Shown one piece after another: positions 1 through 9,649 of a DNA stretch of 20,000 nt. How positions within the stretch are numbered: the first letter of the stretch is position 1; each line of letters opens with the position of its first letter. The stretch is from an uncultured virus (IMG/VR IMGVR_UViG_3300009703_000013). Lineage: Duplodnaviria; Heunggongvirae; Uroviricota; Caudoviricetes. The position numbers were made by a program, and so were the translations under genes. The notes below the pieces were generated by a model. That model saw nothing but the letters and a program-made list of their open reading frames with translations. It had not been told where the DNA came from and searched no databases. The stretch lies in IMG/VR virus record IMGVR_UViG_3300009703_000013, one strand, 5' to 3'.

Positions 1-141
1 AGGTTTTGGTTTACCTTCAATAGGTGTTTCGGGTGCTTTATGGATTTCTTTTTGAACTTTTACTTTATTACCATTATGATCTATATAAGTTATAGTATCG
101 TCAAGACTAATACGTCTATCTTCGTGCATTTTTTTTAGCAT
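1..141 (-). CDS. Hypothetical protein, 5' part only (runs off the left edge of the window)
   Basis: Not in the ORF track. Manual translation from ATG at 141: MLKKMHEDRRISLDDTITYIDHNGNKVKVQKEIHKAPETPIEGKPKP, open to position 1. Shine-Dalgarno AAGGAG at 149-154 (minus strand). Same orientation as all neighbours. Confidence 0.75.
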   Translation of the reverse strand, partial: MLKKMHEDRRISLDDTITYIDHNGNKVKVQKEIHKAPETPIEGKPKP

Positions 142-175
142 TCACTCACTCCTTAATAACAAAAGTTATTATATA

Positions 176-1141
176 TTATTCTCTGTTTATTTTAAAGTTA
201 AAAGTACTAATCGTTGCTGATGAACCATTAGGGAACTTTTGTGATCTGTAATCGTCACCACCTACAAATCTGTTTGTTTCTGTGCCTGAACCATCTAGTT
301 TAGTATCAACCATAGAGTCACCTCTAGTTTCACCAGAACCGTTAATATTATATCTAATATTATGATCAGCTGCATTATCATCACTAGCTGCAAGGTCTCT
401 GATAAATTGTTCTAACACGTCTGTAATATCAGCTGCATCATCACCTGAAGTTGCGTATTCTTTTAAGTCATTGTTACTATCAATGTACAATAAGTTTTTA
501 GATGGTGTAATCGCTGTTGCATCTTGTCTATGTAAGTAATAGTTGTTTACTGTAGATGAATGATCTTGAAAAGTACCTGATGTTCCAATTTGGTCAGAGC
601 TATAAGAACCTGTATCTGCTCTTGTATCTGTAAATACAGCAGTCGATGATATCAAAGTAAAACCAGTAACCGATGTACTTGTTTTGATAGCAAATGTTCC
701 ACCAAAGTCACCTGTATTTCCCTCTGAGGAAGCAGTCATTAATACGATTGCTGGTTTGATAAAAGTATCTAGAAAGTCAGTAAGTGACATCGCTTGTATA
801 GAACCTGAACCATCATAGTAAACAGGAAAAGATTTACCTGTATCTGAAAGTGTTGATGCGTTAGTAACAGCGTTACCCGATATATGGTCAAAGTTTGTAG
901 TGACCGTTGTTAGTGAACCTGAACCAGGGTGAGATGATGCTTGTTGAGTAGCTGCACTTGATCTAAATCTAGTGTCTGCCATAGTTGGTGATAAATCACC
1001 AGAGTTGGCTGCAACTGAACAAACTACACTTGGATTACCTGCATACATTGAGATAGCTTTTCTTTGCCACTCAAGTAATTGAGCTGAACTCATTTCTACT
1101 AAATTACCACTATCGTAATATAACGGGTTTCTTGCTGTCAT
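176..1141 (-). CDS. Hypothetical virion structural protein (321 aa) built from three internal repeats
   Basis: Long Ser/Thr/Gly/Asp-rich ORF with an AAGGA SD upstream, located in the tail module. Recurring motifs PLYYDSGNLVEM / PVYYDGSGSIQAM / LLYIDSNNDLKEY. Confidence 0.7.
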   Translation of the reverse strand: MTARNPLYYDSGNLVEMSSAQLLEWQRKAISMYAGNPSVVCSVAANSGDLSPTMADTRFRSSAATQQASSHPGSGSLTTVTTNFDHISGNAVTNASTLSDTGKSFPVYYDGSGSIQAMSLTDFLDTFIKPAIVLMTASSEGNTGDFGGTFAIKTSTSVTGFTLISSTAVFTDTRADTGSYSSDQIGTSGTFQDHSSTVNNYYLHRQDATAITPSKNLLYIDSNNDLKEYATSGDDAADITDVLEQFIRDLAASDDNAADHNIRYNINGSGETRGDSMVDTKLDGSGTETNRFVGGDDYRSQKFPNGSSATISTFNFKINRE

Positions 1142-1182
1142 AATTATCCTTTATACTATACTTATATACCTTTTGTCAACTA

Positions 1183-2466
1183 TTATATAGCTGCGTGTCC
1201 GTTTACAGTTTTCAAAGTCGAACCAGAAGAGTTTTTAATCAATAGAATACTATCTGGTGTTGCATGGAACTTACCAGTTGAACCTACGATTTTTGCTTTT
1301 TCTGTAGCCGCTTCTGAATTACCACATCTGAACGAAATCTTAGTTGCGTTATTAGATGCAGAGAAGTCACCTTCAGAGACACACTCAACAGCACCTGCAA
1401 CTAAAATTGCATCTGTGCCTGTGCCTTCATCGGGAGCTTGGAACTGTATAGAACCTAATACGTTGTTAGCTGCAACATCTGTATCACCTGTTTGCATTGT
1501 AAGAACAGCACCAACACCAGAGTTACCTGTAGTTGAAGTGTTTTTCATAGTGATACCTGTATCTGCTACGTGAGTTAAAGTTACATCTGAGTCTGCACCA
1601 AAAGATAATATAGCTGCGTCAGATATTAATCTTAAATCATCACCGATTGATGCGTCTGCAGCTACACCAAGTCCACCACCGACAGTTAATGCACCGTCTG
1701 TAGCATTTGTGTTTGCAGTTGTTGCTGTAATTGAAACAACACCACCAGAAGATATTCCGATTGCGTTTGTATCTGAAGCTGATCCGATTGTACCTGCATC
1801 AGGTATTACGATTGCACCACTTGAACCGTTAAGTGTTAAAACACCAACTGAAGATAATGCCATAGTTTCAGCAGCTGCAGCTGAAGCCGCAGTTTGAAAC
1901 GATAGTTTTGTTGCGTTGTTAGATGAACTAAAGTCACCTTCTGAAACAGCAGAGATACCACCTGCAACTAGAATTGCATCTGTACCTGTACCTTCATCTG
2001 GTGCTTGGAATTTAATATGTCCTAAAACGTTGCCTGATGCGATATCTGTATCACCAGTCTGTAGTGTAAGAACAGCACCAACACCAGAATTACCTGAAGT
2101 TGACTCGTTCTTGAAAATCAGACCTGTGTCTGCAACGTGAGTTAATGTTATGTCTTGATCGTTACCAAATTTGATAACTCCACCATCAGCCAAAAATAAG
2201 TCTGAGAATTCTGCAGCTGCAGAACCTATTGTAGCTCCATCGGCGCTTGATGGCACAATAGAAGTTGTTATTGCTGGAGAGGTTAAAGTTTTGTTTGTTA
2301 ACGTGGCCGTGCTTGCAGCAGTCACCATCGCAAATCCGCCTGCTGTGCTTCCGTCATGTACTCGAAGAGTATCGACCGTTGTATCGTAGGTGATTTCACC
2401 TAAAGCGCCAGTAAATGCGTTATTCTGCGTTGTTGTACCACGTCTAAATTGAAGTACTGTAGGCAT
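1183..2466 (-). CDS. Tail fibre / receptor-binding-like protein with Mtd_N (major tropism determinant N-terminal) type domain
   Basis: N-terminus MPTVLQFRRGTTTQNNAFTGALGEITYDTTVDTLRVHDGSTAGGF matches the QFRRG...GE...DT....DG pattern of Mtd_N-like domains. Also has a TLTNKTLTSP linker and a Gly/Ala/Ser/Thr-rich body. SD AAGGAG at 2477-2482. Confidence 0.8.
   Translation of the reverse strand: MPTVLQFRRGTTTQNNAFTGALGEITYDTTVDTLRVHDGSTAGGFAMVTAASTATLTNKTLTSPAITTSIVPSSADGATIGSAAAEFSDLFLADGGVIKFGNDQDITLTHVADTGLIFKNESTSGNSGVGAVLTLQTGDTDIASGNVLGHIKFQAPDEGTGTDAILVAGGISAVSEGDFSSSNNATKLSFQTAASAAAAETMALSSVGVLTLNGSSGAIVIPDAGTIGSASDTNAIGISSGGVVSITATTANTNATDGALTVGGGLGVAADASIGDDLRLISDAAILSFGADSDVTLTHVADTGITMKNTSTTGNSGVGAVLTMQTGDTDVAANNVLGSIQFQAPDEGTGTDAILVAGAVECVSEGDFSASNNATKISFRCGNSEAATEKAKIVGSTGKFHATPDSILLIKNSSGSTLKTVNGHAAI
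1331..2169 (-). repeat. Intragenic direct duplication of about 270 nt (~1331-1602 and ~1898-2169), offset 567 nt = 189 codons
   Basis: Both copies encode TLTHVADTG...GNSGVGAVLTxQTGDTD...FQAPDEGTGTDAILVAG...VSEGDFSxSNNATKxSF. Exact 24-nt match at 1498-1521 and 2065-2088. Confidence 0.95.
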
Positions 2467-2501
2467 TTGAATAAAGCTCCTTTATATTCTTTTATTTTTT
2501 G

Positions 2502-2522
2502 TATTTATATTTAGTATTTATC
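2502..2522 (-). promoter_or_regulatory. T4-type late promoter TATAAATA (2502-2509) plus two overlapping variants (ACTAAATA 2508-2515, GATAAATA 2515-2522)
   Basis: Exact gp55 late promoter consensus in the intergenic gap, 36 nt upstream of the fibre gene start. Confidence 0.8.
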
Positions 2523-2525
2523 ATT

Positions 2526-3059
2526 TTATATACCACTAGCTTGTCCTAAATCTTGGGTATTTACTGTCCCTTTAGGCTCATTCATATCATATAAGTTGGA
2601 AGATAACGAAAATCCAAAGGCATCTTGAAGAGAAGTGTCAAATGGAGTTTCACCCCCTGCCAAATCTGCGTCACCCTCCGAAGTCGGTAATTGTGTTAAT
2701 GTTGAGTTAGAAAACCCTAAATCGGCAGTATAAGCAACGGTACCATCTGCATTTTTGAAAGTAATTGTTCTATCTGCTGTGGGCTCTGTAAAAACAACTG
2801 TTGTTTCAAAGTTATCAACATTCTGACCTTCTACTACAAATCTGTCATTTTCTAATTTAAATGTTGTAGGAGTAATAGAGTCAAGAGTAAAAGAACCCGT
2901 AACTGTTAAGTCACCTACTGATATAGAAGTGGCTGCGACATTCGTTAAGTTTAAAGTACCTGCTTCAATCGCAGTTACATCGGTAACTAACTCATTGAAC
3001 TGAACTCTTAATTGTTCAATCGTACTATTGTTATCTATTTCTATCGCTCTAATTGCCAT
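2526..3059 (-). CDS. Putative virion structural protein (177 aa)
   Basis: Amphipathic N-terminal segment TIEQLRVQFNELVTDV and a FETTVVFTEPTADRTITFKNADGTVA motif that I recognise from marine phage fibre/structural proteins. Start overlaps the upstream gene by 11 nt. Confidence 0.7.
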   Translation of the reverse strand: MAIRAIEIDNNSTIEQLRVQFNELVTDVTAIEAGTLNLTNVAATSISVGDLTVTGSFTLDSITPTTFKLENDRFVVEGQNVDNFETTVVFTEPTADRTITFKNADGTVAYTADLGFSNSTLTQLPTSEGDADLAGGETPFDTSLQDAFGFSLSSNLYDMNEPKGTVNTQDLGQASGI

Positions 3060-3285
3060 TTTTTTCTAACACCTTTTTTAACATATCTTTTATTTCGTGC
3101 ATTTCACATTTTAAATTATTTATCTCTCTAGTCGCATGTCTTATTTCATCTCTTTGTTGAGATGCAGCTTTTGCTCTAGCAACTGCTTTTACATATGCAA
3201 CTTTATTAGTATTAATAATTGCACTTGAGTTTGTATCTCTTACTAATTCAGAGTATCCCTCAACTTTTAAATATCTTTCGCTCAT
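3049..3285 (-). CDS. Small hypothetical protein (78 aa) with C-terminal coiled coil, typical downstream neighbour of vrlC
   Basis: KVEGYSELVRDTNSSAIINTN motif followed by heptad-like EINNLKCEMHEIKDMLKKVLEK. TAATG stop/start overlap with vrlC at 3283-3287. Confidence 0.8.
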   Translation of the reverse strand: MSERYLKVEGYSELVRDTNSSAIINTNKVAYVKAVARAKAASQQRDEIRHATREINNLKCEMHEIKDMLKKVLEKNGN

Positions 3286-6200
3286 TATGTTGCCAATGCT
3301 ATTGCTCTGAAATCTTTAATTCTAATTGGTTCAGCAGCATTAGTTCCTTGTCCTACTATTTTGATTGCAAATTGTATAAACTCTGGTAAAGGTGTTCCTA
3401 TACCATCATCTGTCACACCAGAAGTAAACACGTATTCTTGGAAGTCATCATCTTCAAGTGATGAACCTACCTCTGTATCTGTTGTACCAGTTGTGTTAAA
3501 GAAAGTATAACCTAGTTCATCAAAATCAGAAGCATCATCTGATCTTAAAACTTTAAATAAACATTTGATCGTAGCACTATTATGTTTGTGTGCTGAGAAA
3601 AATACTTTTAAAGCTGTTGCTGGTGATTCCAAAGCAACTTTTTTAGTAATGTATATAAATGCATTTTGGTCACCATCTGGTGCTTCGTTTGTTACATAAT
3701 CAGTTGTAGGGAAAACTCCACTAGAACCTGTTATGTTATTTAATTTGTTTGCAACTAAAACAGCTGATAATCTATCTGTATCAATGACAGGTGATATATT
3801 AGCATTATTAGAACCAAGTGTTAATGGTAAGAAAAATGATTTAGCACCAGCAAGTTCATTTGTTTCATTTATTTGAGATGCAACAATATTACACTCTGGT
3901 AATCTTTGGTTTTCATTTAAAGATATTGGTCTAGCGTTTGCTAGTGTTCTAGTATTAAATGATGTTTCTGTACCACTTGGTGATCTACCTGTAGTGTTTC
4001 TTAATTGAGCAGTTATACTTGTTTCTGGTAATTCTAAAGTAGCAAGTGATGTTTTAAGTAATTCGTATCTATAGTTTTCAGAAGCATAAACAGCTACTCC
4101 ACCTATTTCAGCAGTTGTTGAACCACCACTAATACTTGGTGCAGTTGTTAAAGTTATTGTGTAATAATCTGTGCCAATATTTCCTATTGATGTATGCTCT
4201 TTGTTTATCTCTGTTAATGATACACCAAATATTTCATACAACTCAACTTTGTCTGAAGCAGTATGTGCTGATGCAGTTGAACCTCCAGCACCTCTTGTTA
4301 AAGATGATAGAGTTGTACCAGATAATGAACCTGTAATAATTTCGTTTCCTATTTTAACAGTTATGTTTCCACTACCAAAACCTGAGTTACTTGCAAGTGT
4401 AAGTGAAGTTGCACTATCATTAATTGTAGCAGATAGTGTTGTCTCTATACCAGAAGACACACCAGTAATTACAACATTGTTAGATGTTTGATACATACCA
4501 TGATCTTCATGTTTAATCTTTAATGTTGTAGAACCATTAGTCATGATTAAAGGATTTGATTTTAATCTGTTTACATATACAGTATTTCCAATTTCATTTG
4601 TTATCGCTTGACCAATAGGATTATTTTGAAGTGTAACAGCACCTGCAGCTGTAGTATTGAATACAGCTTTTCTTAAAGTAAATTTAATATCTTCACTTTG
4701 AGATGCTGACCATGTTCTATTGTTTTGTGATTTAAACATTACACCAAGATGTGGTTGTTTAGAAATAATTCTTAATCCACCAATATCTGTTTCACCCATT
4801 CTAGAAATCCATATCTTAGGTTCTAAAGAGTCTGAACGAACAACAAAACAATATTCTTGACCGTTCTTTAAATATACAGGTGCATCAAATTTAAATGTTG
4901 TTGCTGTTGCAGCTGTTGTTGATGTATTAATTTCAGAAGCTTGTAATAGTTTTCTACCAAATGGTAATATTTTTGGACCAGGATAACCATTGTCAACATT
5001 TCTAATTTCAACCCAACAAGGTAAATCGTTATCTTTAGTTTGGAAGTATAAATCTAATTCTGTTATAAATGCTCCACCCTCTTCTTCAACCAAGAAAGTT
5101 TGAGCTAATGGGTCATTACCATTACCACCATCTTCAACATTTTGAACGTTTATAACTCTTGAACTTGTACTTAATCTACTCGTTGTTTCTGTTACACTAT
5201 TTTGTACTACTCTAGCATTTCTAGTAGCGATAATAGTTTCTTGCTCTGTTTCTAAAATACCTTTTGCAATGTAAGTTGTGTTGGCTGCAGTTACAGGTAA
5301 AGGACTTTTAATATTTGTAGAACTAGAAGTAATTCTAAATTCTACTTCACCTGTTTTAAATTTAGGAACAGCAGTTTGACCTGCAAATCTATATTCAGGT
5401 ATTCTCATAGTTCCCTCAACATTACCATTACCATCAGTTACTAATTGGACACCCTCTGCTACTGTAGAAACATTTGTGTAACTTTGTGATTGAGGTGTGA
5501 TATAAGCTGCCATTGCAGTTCCGTCAAAGAAAACATAAACTTTAGTGTTAGGTAAAAATGCTTGTCCTTTGAATGTTACATTTCTAGGTCTAACCCAAGG
5601 TATCAATGCTCTTGATATAACTCTTGTTCCTTGAGACTCTTCATCTATTTGTTCTACAACTTGAGTGTTAATACCTGATCTTTTTAAATTTGATCTTACT
5701 GTTTGAATTGCTCTAGTTATAACTTGATTACCTTGTTGTGTAGTTTGTACTCTTGATGCAATAGTACCAGACCATTGTGTTTCCCATGAGTTCCACACCG
5801 TACCTAATCTGTTTGAGTTTGCAGCTCTAACAGCATCAAAGTTTCCGTCAACGTTAATAATTAAATCTGGTGCTGTTTCTGTTTCAAACCAATCATCACT
5901 TTGTGGGTCAAGATCAATGTTTCCTACCCATTGTGCTGTAATAACAGGTTGTACTTTTTCTGCTCTTGATGCATATGGGTTTTCAGATAATGTTTCACTT
6001 GAATAAGGAAGTGTAATTAATGGACCAGTTTTTTGATAACCTAATGCTGTTCTATTTGCATCTGTAGATACAGACTCAGTTAGTGTTGCATTTCTTAATA
6101 TACACTTAGGTCTTAATTCTTTATTTTCCATATCCATTGCATTAGAGTAATCTTTATTTTTAACATCACCTACTCTATGACCTGCAAAGTTATCGACTAC

Positions 6201-9200
6201 AAAACCTGATTTAAATCTGTTTAGACCATTTGCGTCTGTTACTTCAAAAGACTCTGCGTCTCTTTCAAGTAATGACAAGTTAGTGTAGTATTCTAAGTTT
6301 TGAATTCTTTTTTGTAGTTTACCAATATCTCTCATAGTAAACCTTTGAGTTTTAAATCTTTCGATTTCAACATCTGTAGGTCTAAATGTATAAGCAGGTA
6401 TGAATAGTTTAGCTAGTTTCATAGCATTTTCTAATTCTTTAGGTTCAGTTGGAACTTCAGCTGAAGAACCTGTAACAACTTTAAAATCACCTTCTTGAGT
6501 TAAGAAAACTAAAGCTAATCTTGATAGATAAAATTCTAAATCTGCTGTTCCTAAAGTGTTTGGTTTTGGTGTATCTACTGTTGATGCACCTGTGCCATCA
6601 AATTGTCTATGAAAGAAATCAAACGAATTGCCTGTAATTGTATCTACGGAACCAATAGAATCTGTTGCACCAGCAATATTTTCACATGTTGGTCTAAAGT
6701 CAACAACATCTGTTAATGGAAACTCACCAGTCGGTTCTGGTTCATCTGGGTCAACTCTTGTTGCTGTATATGTTGGAATATTACCATATCCCATTTGACC
6801 AGCGACATCTGAATATGAATCTACTGTAAAGAAAGAACCTGAAGAATGACTAAAGAAATCAAATACTACTGCTAGTCTTCCTCTAGGTTTTGATGCACCA
6901 GCTTTTAATTGTATTCTAGAAATATCATAAAGGTTATCTCTTTGACCTGTATCTAGTAAATAATTTGAAGTAATAATTTTAGAACCAGCTGTTACACTTG
7001 AAACTATAGCAGTTGCACCAGAGGACGCACCTGTAATTGTTTCACTTGCCTCAAAGTTTGCAGCTCCCACACCGTCTTGTAAATAATATGTAATTGGTGA
7101 TGTTGGATTAATAACTCTTGCTACTGCACCAGAAGTTCCACCAGTAATTTTTTCTCCTCTAACAAAAGTACCATTGACTGTTGTTAAAGCGATTGTTGGT
7201 AATGATGCATCTGAACTTGTATCCTCAGAGTCAAACACAGCACCTAAAGTAAAAGCATCTGCTCGTCCTAGTGATATTGTATCATCTGTTGCTCTTGTTC
7301 CAAACGCACCTGTTGTTGCGCCAGCAACTTTAACAACTTTAGATAAGTTAGTTGTTTTTAATCTAGCAGAGATAGATGTTTTTAATAGTGTTGCAGTTAA
7401 TTTAACTTTAGCACCATTTCCAAAACTTGTATTATCTGATATTGTAATTGTAGCTGTACCTGTGCCAGAGATTGTTGACTCAGCATCTACAATATCTCCT
7501 TGAGATGCACTTCCACCAGAACCTGCTGTTAAAACCGATAATGTATAATCGATATCTGTATAAGATAAAAATGTTTCATTTGCACCAGCAGTAAATGATA
7601 CAGCACCAGAAGAGTTTGTTGTTGCTATAAATTGTCTTCTAATTGTCATCTGCGTATCAGACGAACCATTGTTATCCTCTGTCAATAATGTTTTAATTGT
7701 AGGTTTAGGTAATCTATATAATGCAATATTTTTTTCTGCTTGATTTAATTTACCAATCTTTTCAGATTCTAATGCAACTGTTGTTGAGTTATCTTCTTCA
7801 AGAACTATATTATCATTTGCATCTGTAGATGAAGCATCCGTACCATCTAAAACTATTTGACCATCAACACCTGTTGTTGTTGATTCTAATACAGTATCAG
7901 CAGTAAAGTCTTGACCACTGTCTGGGTCATCCATAAAGAAACTTCTTGTTTCTGAAAATATGTGTGTAACAATATTTGATATTGTTAAATCTGCGTTAGA
8001 TGAGTTTTCTACAATCTGATCTGTTTCTGCACTATCAGATACTATTAGTTTTTCACCTACAGTAAAAGTACCAGAAACGTTTGTAAGTACAACTTGAGTA
8101 CCACTTGTTAACGTACCAAAAACAAAACCTGTTGCATTTGATGAAGCACCTTTAACTCTAACTCCACCATTACTATGATTAGCAGTTAATGCTGAACTTG
8201 GGTTATCGTTTAATGTTAAGTATGTAAATGGTCTTATATCAAAAAGATATAATCTGAATACTGCATCTGTATTTCCCATAGTACCAGACTCGTATTGTAT
8301 TGTTCTTGCTCTTGCGACCCCTATTTGCGTACCTGAAGCTGTTCCTCTTGTTGACGTAACATCATCAAATAGTTGAATTGTTTTGTATGCAGTTGTCTCA
8401 CCAGAGATATCTGTTACATCTGGTTGACCATATACATTTGTTATCTTAACAAAGTTTCCTAATTCTGCGTTTATTGAACCTGCGTTTACTGTATCAAATT
8501 GTCTTGACTTTTCTACATCTTTAAAAGTGATAGTTGGTTTTTCTAATTCATATCCTTTTACATATGCCTTACCTGGTGATATAGCTAATATAAATTTACC
8601 TTCATCTGCTGTTCCACCATCGCTAGTAGTATCACCAGAAGCATAAACACCTCTGAAACTTTGACCTTGATATCTGTTATCAAGCATTTCTCTAGCATCT
8701 AATTGAAAAGGTCTTACTGTATAGTCACCTGACTCGTCAAACGTTCTTCTTGCAAGTGTATCACCTAATACTGAATATTCAGTTGGTCTTGCATCACTTT
8801 GAATTTCACCATTTTTTACTCTAGCAATTTCAACAAACTCATTGTCAGCTGTAGATGTTAAATCTAAAGATGTTAAAGTTAAACTCATCTTTAATCTATG
8901 AGCACCTTTAGCTGCAAAGTTTGAAGCACCAGTTGCATTATCTGTTAAAGATTCATCAACTTCTGGTGTTACCAACTCTTCATTTAAAGTTATACCTATT
9001 CTAGCTGATGCAGTTTGTGAACTATCTGATAATACAATTGTTTGATCTGCTAATTGTACGAATGTTCCTCTTATATAATAAACACCACCTGTTGTAGTAA
9101 CAGCTGTTCCTAATTGTGAAGCGCTTGTATGAGTTGTCGCTGAATTAGTGTTTATTGCATAAGTTGTAGTATGGGTAATAGATTTATCAGCATAAATGTT

Positions 9201-9641
9201 TTCAGAGTTTTGAAATACAGTTGTTTCTAAATCCGAACCAGAAGAAATATATCTTACATATAATAAAGGTTGTGTTGTTGAAGTTGCAGCTTTAAATCCT
9301 ATGACTTTTGCTTTTACACCAGACGTTGCACCTACGATTGTAACAGGTGAGTCTTCACTATAATATTGTGATGGGTCAACTGTTTCTCCAGCGAAAGCTG
9401 AAGCAAGTTGTACTGAATAGTAATCTGTATTTACAGAAATACCGCCAGGTATAACTACACTACCCTCTTGAAAAACATGAGAACCAAATCTTTCAATTTG
9501 ATTTTGTAGTATTGATTGTAGCTGTGTTAACTCTCTAGCCTGTACTGCGTAACCAGGTCTAAAAAGTATTCTATGAAAATTTTTGTTTTCTGCAAAATCA
9601 TCATAATATGGTGCTACGTTTAAGTCAGTTTTTTGTGCCAT
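3285..9641 (-). CDS. vrlC: VrlC-like / DUF4815-family large virion structural protein (2118 aa)
   Basis: Signature motifs LNVAPYYDDF...ILFRPGYAVQARELTQLQSILQNQ, LARRTFDESGDY, RFKSGFVVDNF, DPLAQTF, MFKSQN and terminal IKDFRAIALA. Lies directly after gp8. Confidence 0.88.
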   Translation of the reverse strand: MAQKTDLNVAPYYDDFAENKNFHRILFRPGYAVQARELTQLQSILQNQIERFGSHVFQEGSVVIPGGISVNTDYYSVQLASAFAGETVDPSQYYSEDSPVTIVGATSGVKAKVIGFKAATSTTQPLLYVRYISSGSDLETTVFQNSENIYADKSITHTTTYAINTNSATTHTSASQLGTAVTTTGGVYYIRGTFVQLADQTIVLSDSSQTASARIGITLNEELVTPEVDESLTDNATGASNFAAKGAHRLKMSLTLTSLDLTSTADNEFVEIARVKNGEIQSDARPTEYSVLGDTLARRTFDESGDYTVRPFQLDAREMLDNRYQGQSFRGVYASGDTTSDGGTADEGKFILAISPGKAYVKGYELEKPTITFKDVEKSRQFDTVNAGSINAELGNFVKITNVYGQPDVTDISGETTAYKTIQLFDDVTSTRGTASGTQIGVARARTIQYESGTMGNTDAVFRLYLFDIRPFTYLTLNDNPSSALTANHSNGGVRVKGASSNATGFVFGTLTSGTQVVLTNVSGTFTVGEKLIVSDSAETDQIVENSSNADLTISNIVTHIFSETRSFFMDDPDSGQDFTADTVLESTTTGVDGQIVLDGTDASSTDANDNIVLEEDNSTTVALESEKIGKLNQAEKNIALYRLPKPTIKTLLTEDNNGSSDTQMTIRRQFIATTNSSGAVSFTAGANETFLSYTDIDYTLSVLTAGSGGSASQGDIVDAESTISGTGTATITISDNTSFGNGAKVKLTATLLKTSISARLKTTNLSKVVKVAGATTGAFGTRATDDTISLGRADAFTLGAVFDSEDTSSDASLPTIALTTVNGTFVRGEKITGGTSGAVARVINPTSPITYYLQDGVGAANFEASETITGASSGATAIVSSVTAGSKIITSNYLLDTGQRDNLYDISRIQLKAGASKPRGRLAVVFDFFSHSSGSFFTVDSYSDVAGQMGYGNIPTYTATRVDPDEPEPTGEFPLTDVVDFRPTCENIAGATDSIGSVDTITGNSFDFFHRQFDGTGASTVDTPKPNTLGTADLEFYLSRLALVFLTQEGDFKVVTGSSAEVPTEPKELENAMKLAKLFIPAYTFRPTDVEIERFKTQRFTMRDIGKLQKRIQNLEYYTNLSLLERDAESFEVTDANGLNRFKSGFVVDNFAGHRVGDVKNKDYSNAMDMENKELRPKCILRNATLTESVSTDANRTALGYQKTGPLITLPYSSETLSENPYASRAEKVQPVITAQWVGNIDLDPQSDDWFETETAPDLIINVDGNFDAVRAANSNRLGTVWNSWETQWSGTIASRVQTTQQGNQVITRAIQTVRSNLKRSGINTQVVEQIDEESQGTRVISRALIPWVRPRNVTFKGQAFLPNTKVYVFFDGTAMAAYITPQSQSYTNVSTVAEGVQLVTDGNGNVEGTMRIPEYRFAGQTAVPKFKTGEVEFRITSSSTNIKSPLPVTAANTTYIAKGILETEQETIIATRNARVVQNSVTETTSRLSTSSRVINVQNVEDGGNGNDPLAQTFLVEEEGGAFITELDLYFQTKDNDLPCWVEIRNVDNGYPGPKILPFGRKLLQASEINTSTTAATATTFKFDAPVYLKNGQEYCFVVRSDSLEPKIWISRMGETDIGGLRIISKQPHLGVMFKSQNNRTWSASQSEDIKFTLRKAVFNTTAAGAVTLQNNPIGQAITNEIGNTVYVNRLKSNPLIMTNGSTTLKIKHEDHGMYQTSNNVVITGVSSGIETTLSATINDSATSLTLASNSGFGSGNITVKIGNEIITGSLSGTTLSSLTRGAGGSTASAHTASDKVELYEIFGVSLTEINKEHTSIGNIGTDYYTITLTTAPSISGGSTTAEIGGVAVYASENYRYELLKTSLATLELPETSITAQLRNTTGRSPSGTETSFNTRTLANARPISLNENQRLPECNIVASQINETNELAGAKSFFLPLTLGSNNANISPVIDTDRLSAVLVANKLNNITGSSGVFPTTDYVTNEAPDGDQNAFIYITKKVALESPATALKVFFSAHKHNSATIKCLFKVLRSDDASDFDELGYTFFNTTGTTDTEVGSSLEDDDFQEYVFTSGVTDDGIGTPLPEFIQFAIKIVGQGTNAAEPIRIKDFRAIALAT

Positions 9642-9649
9642 ATTATTCC

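Noticed and set aside
154..171. Hairpin taataac-aaaa-gttatta as a terminator
   Set aside because: The 7-bp stem is almost all AT with no U-tract on the coding strand, so it is too weak to call.
1871..1883. Palindromic gcagctgcagctg runs (also near 14600)
   Set aside because: Explained by alternating GCT/GCA codons in poly-Ala stretches.
1331..2169. Diversity-generating retroelement (TR/VR pair), suggested by an Mtd_N domain plus a repeat
   Set aside because: Both copies are in-frame within one gene, mismatches are not adenine-specific and many are synonymous, and there is no reverse transcriptase in the window.
5095..5160. Intein or other insertion near the DPLAQTF motif of VrlC
   Set aside because: Only a short linker (VEDGGNGN) is present, with no Hint-domain motifs.
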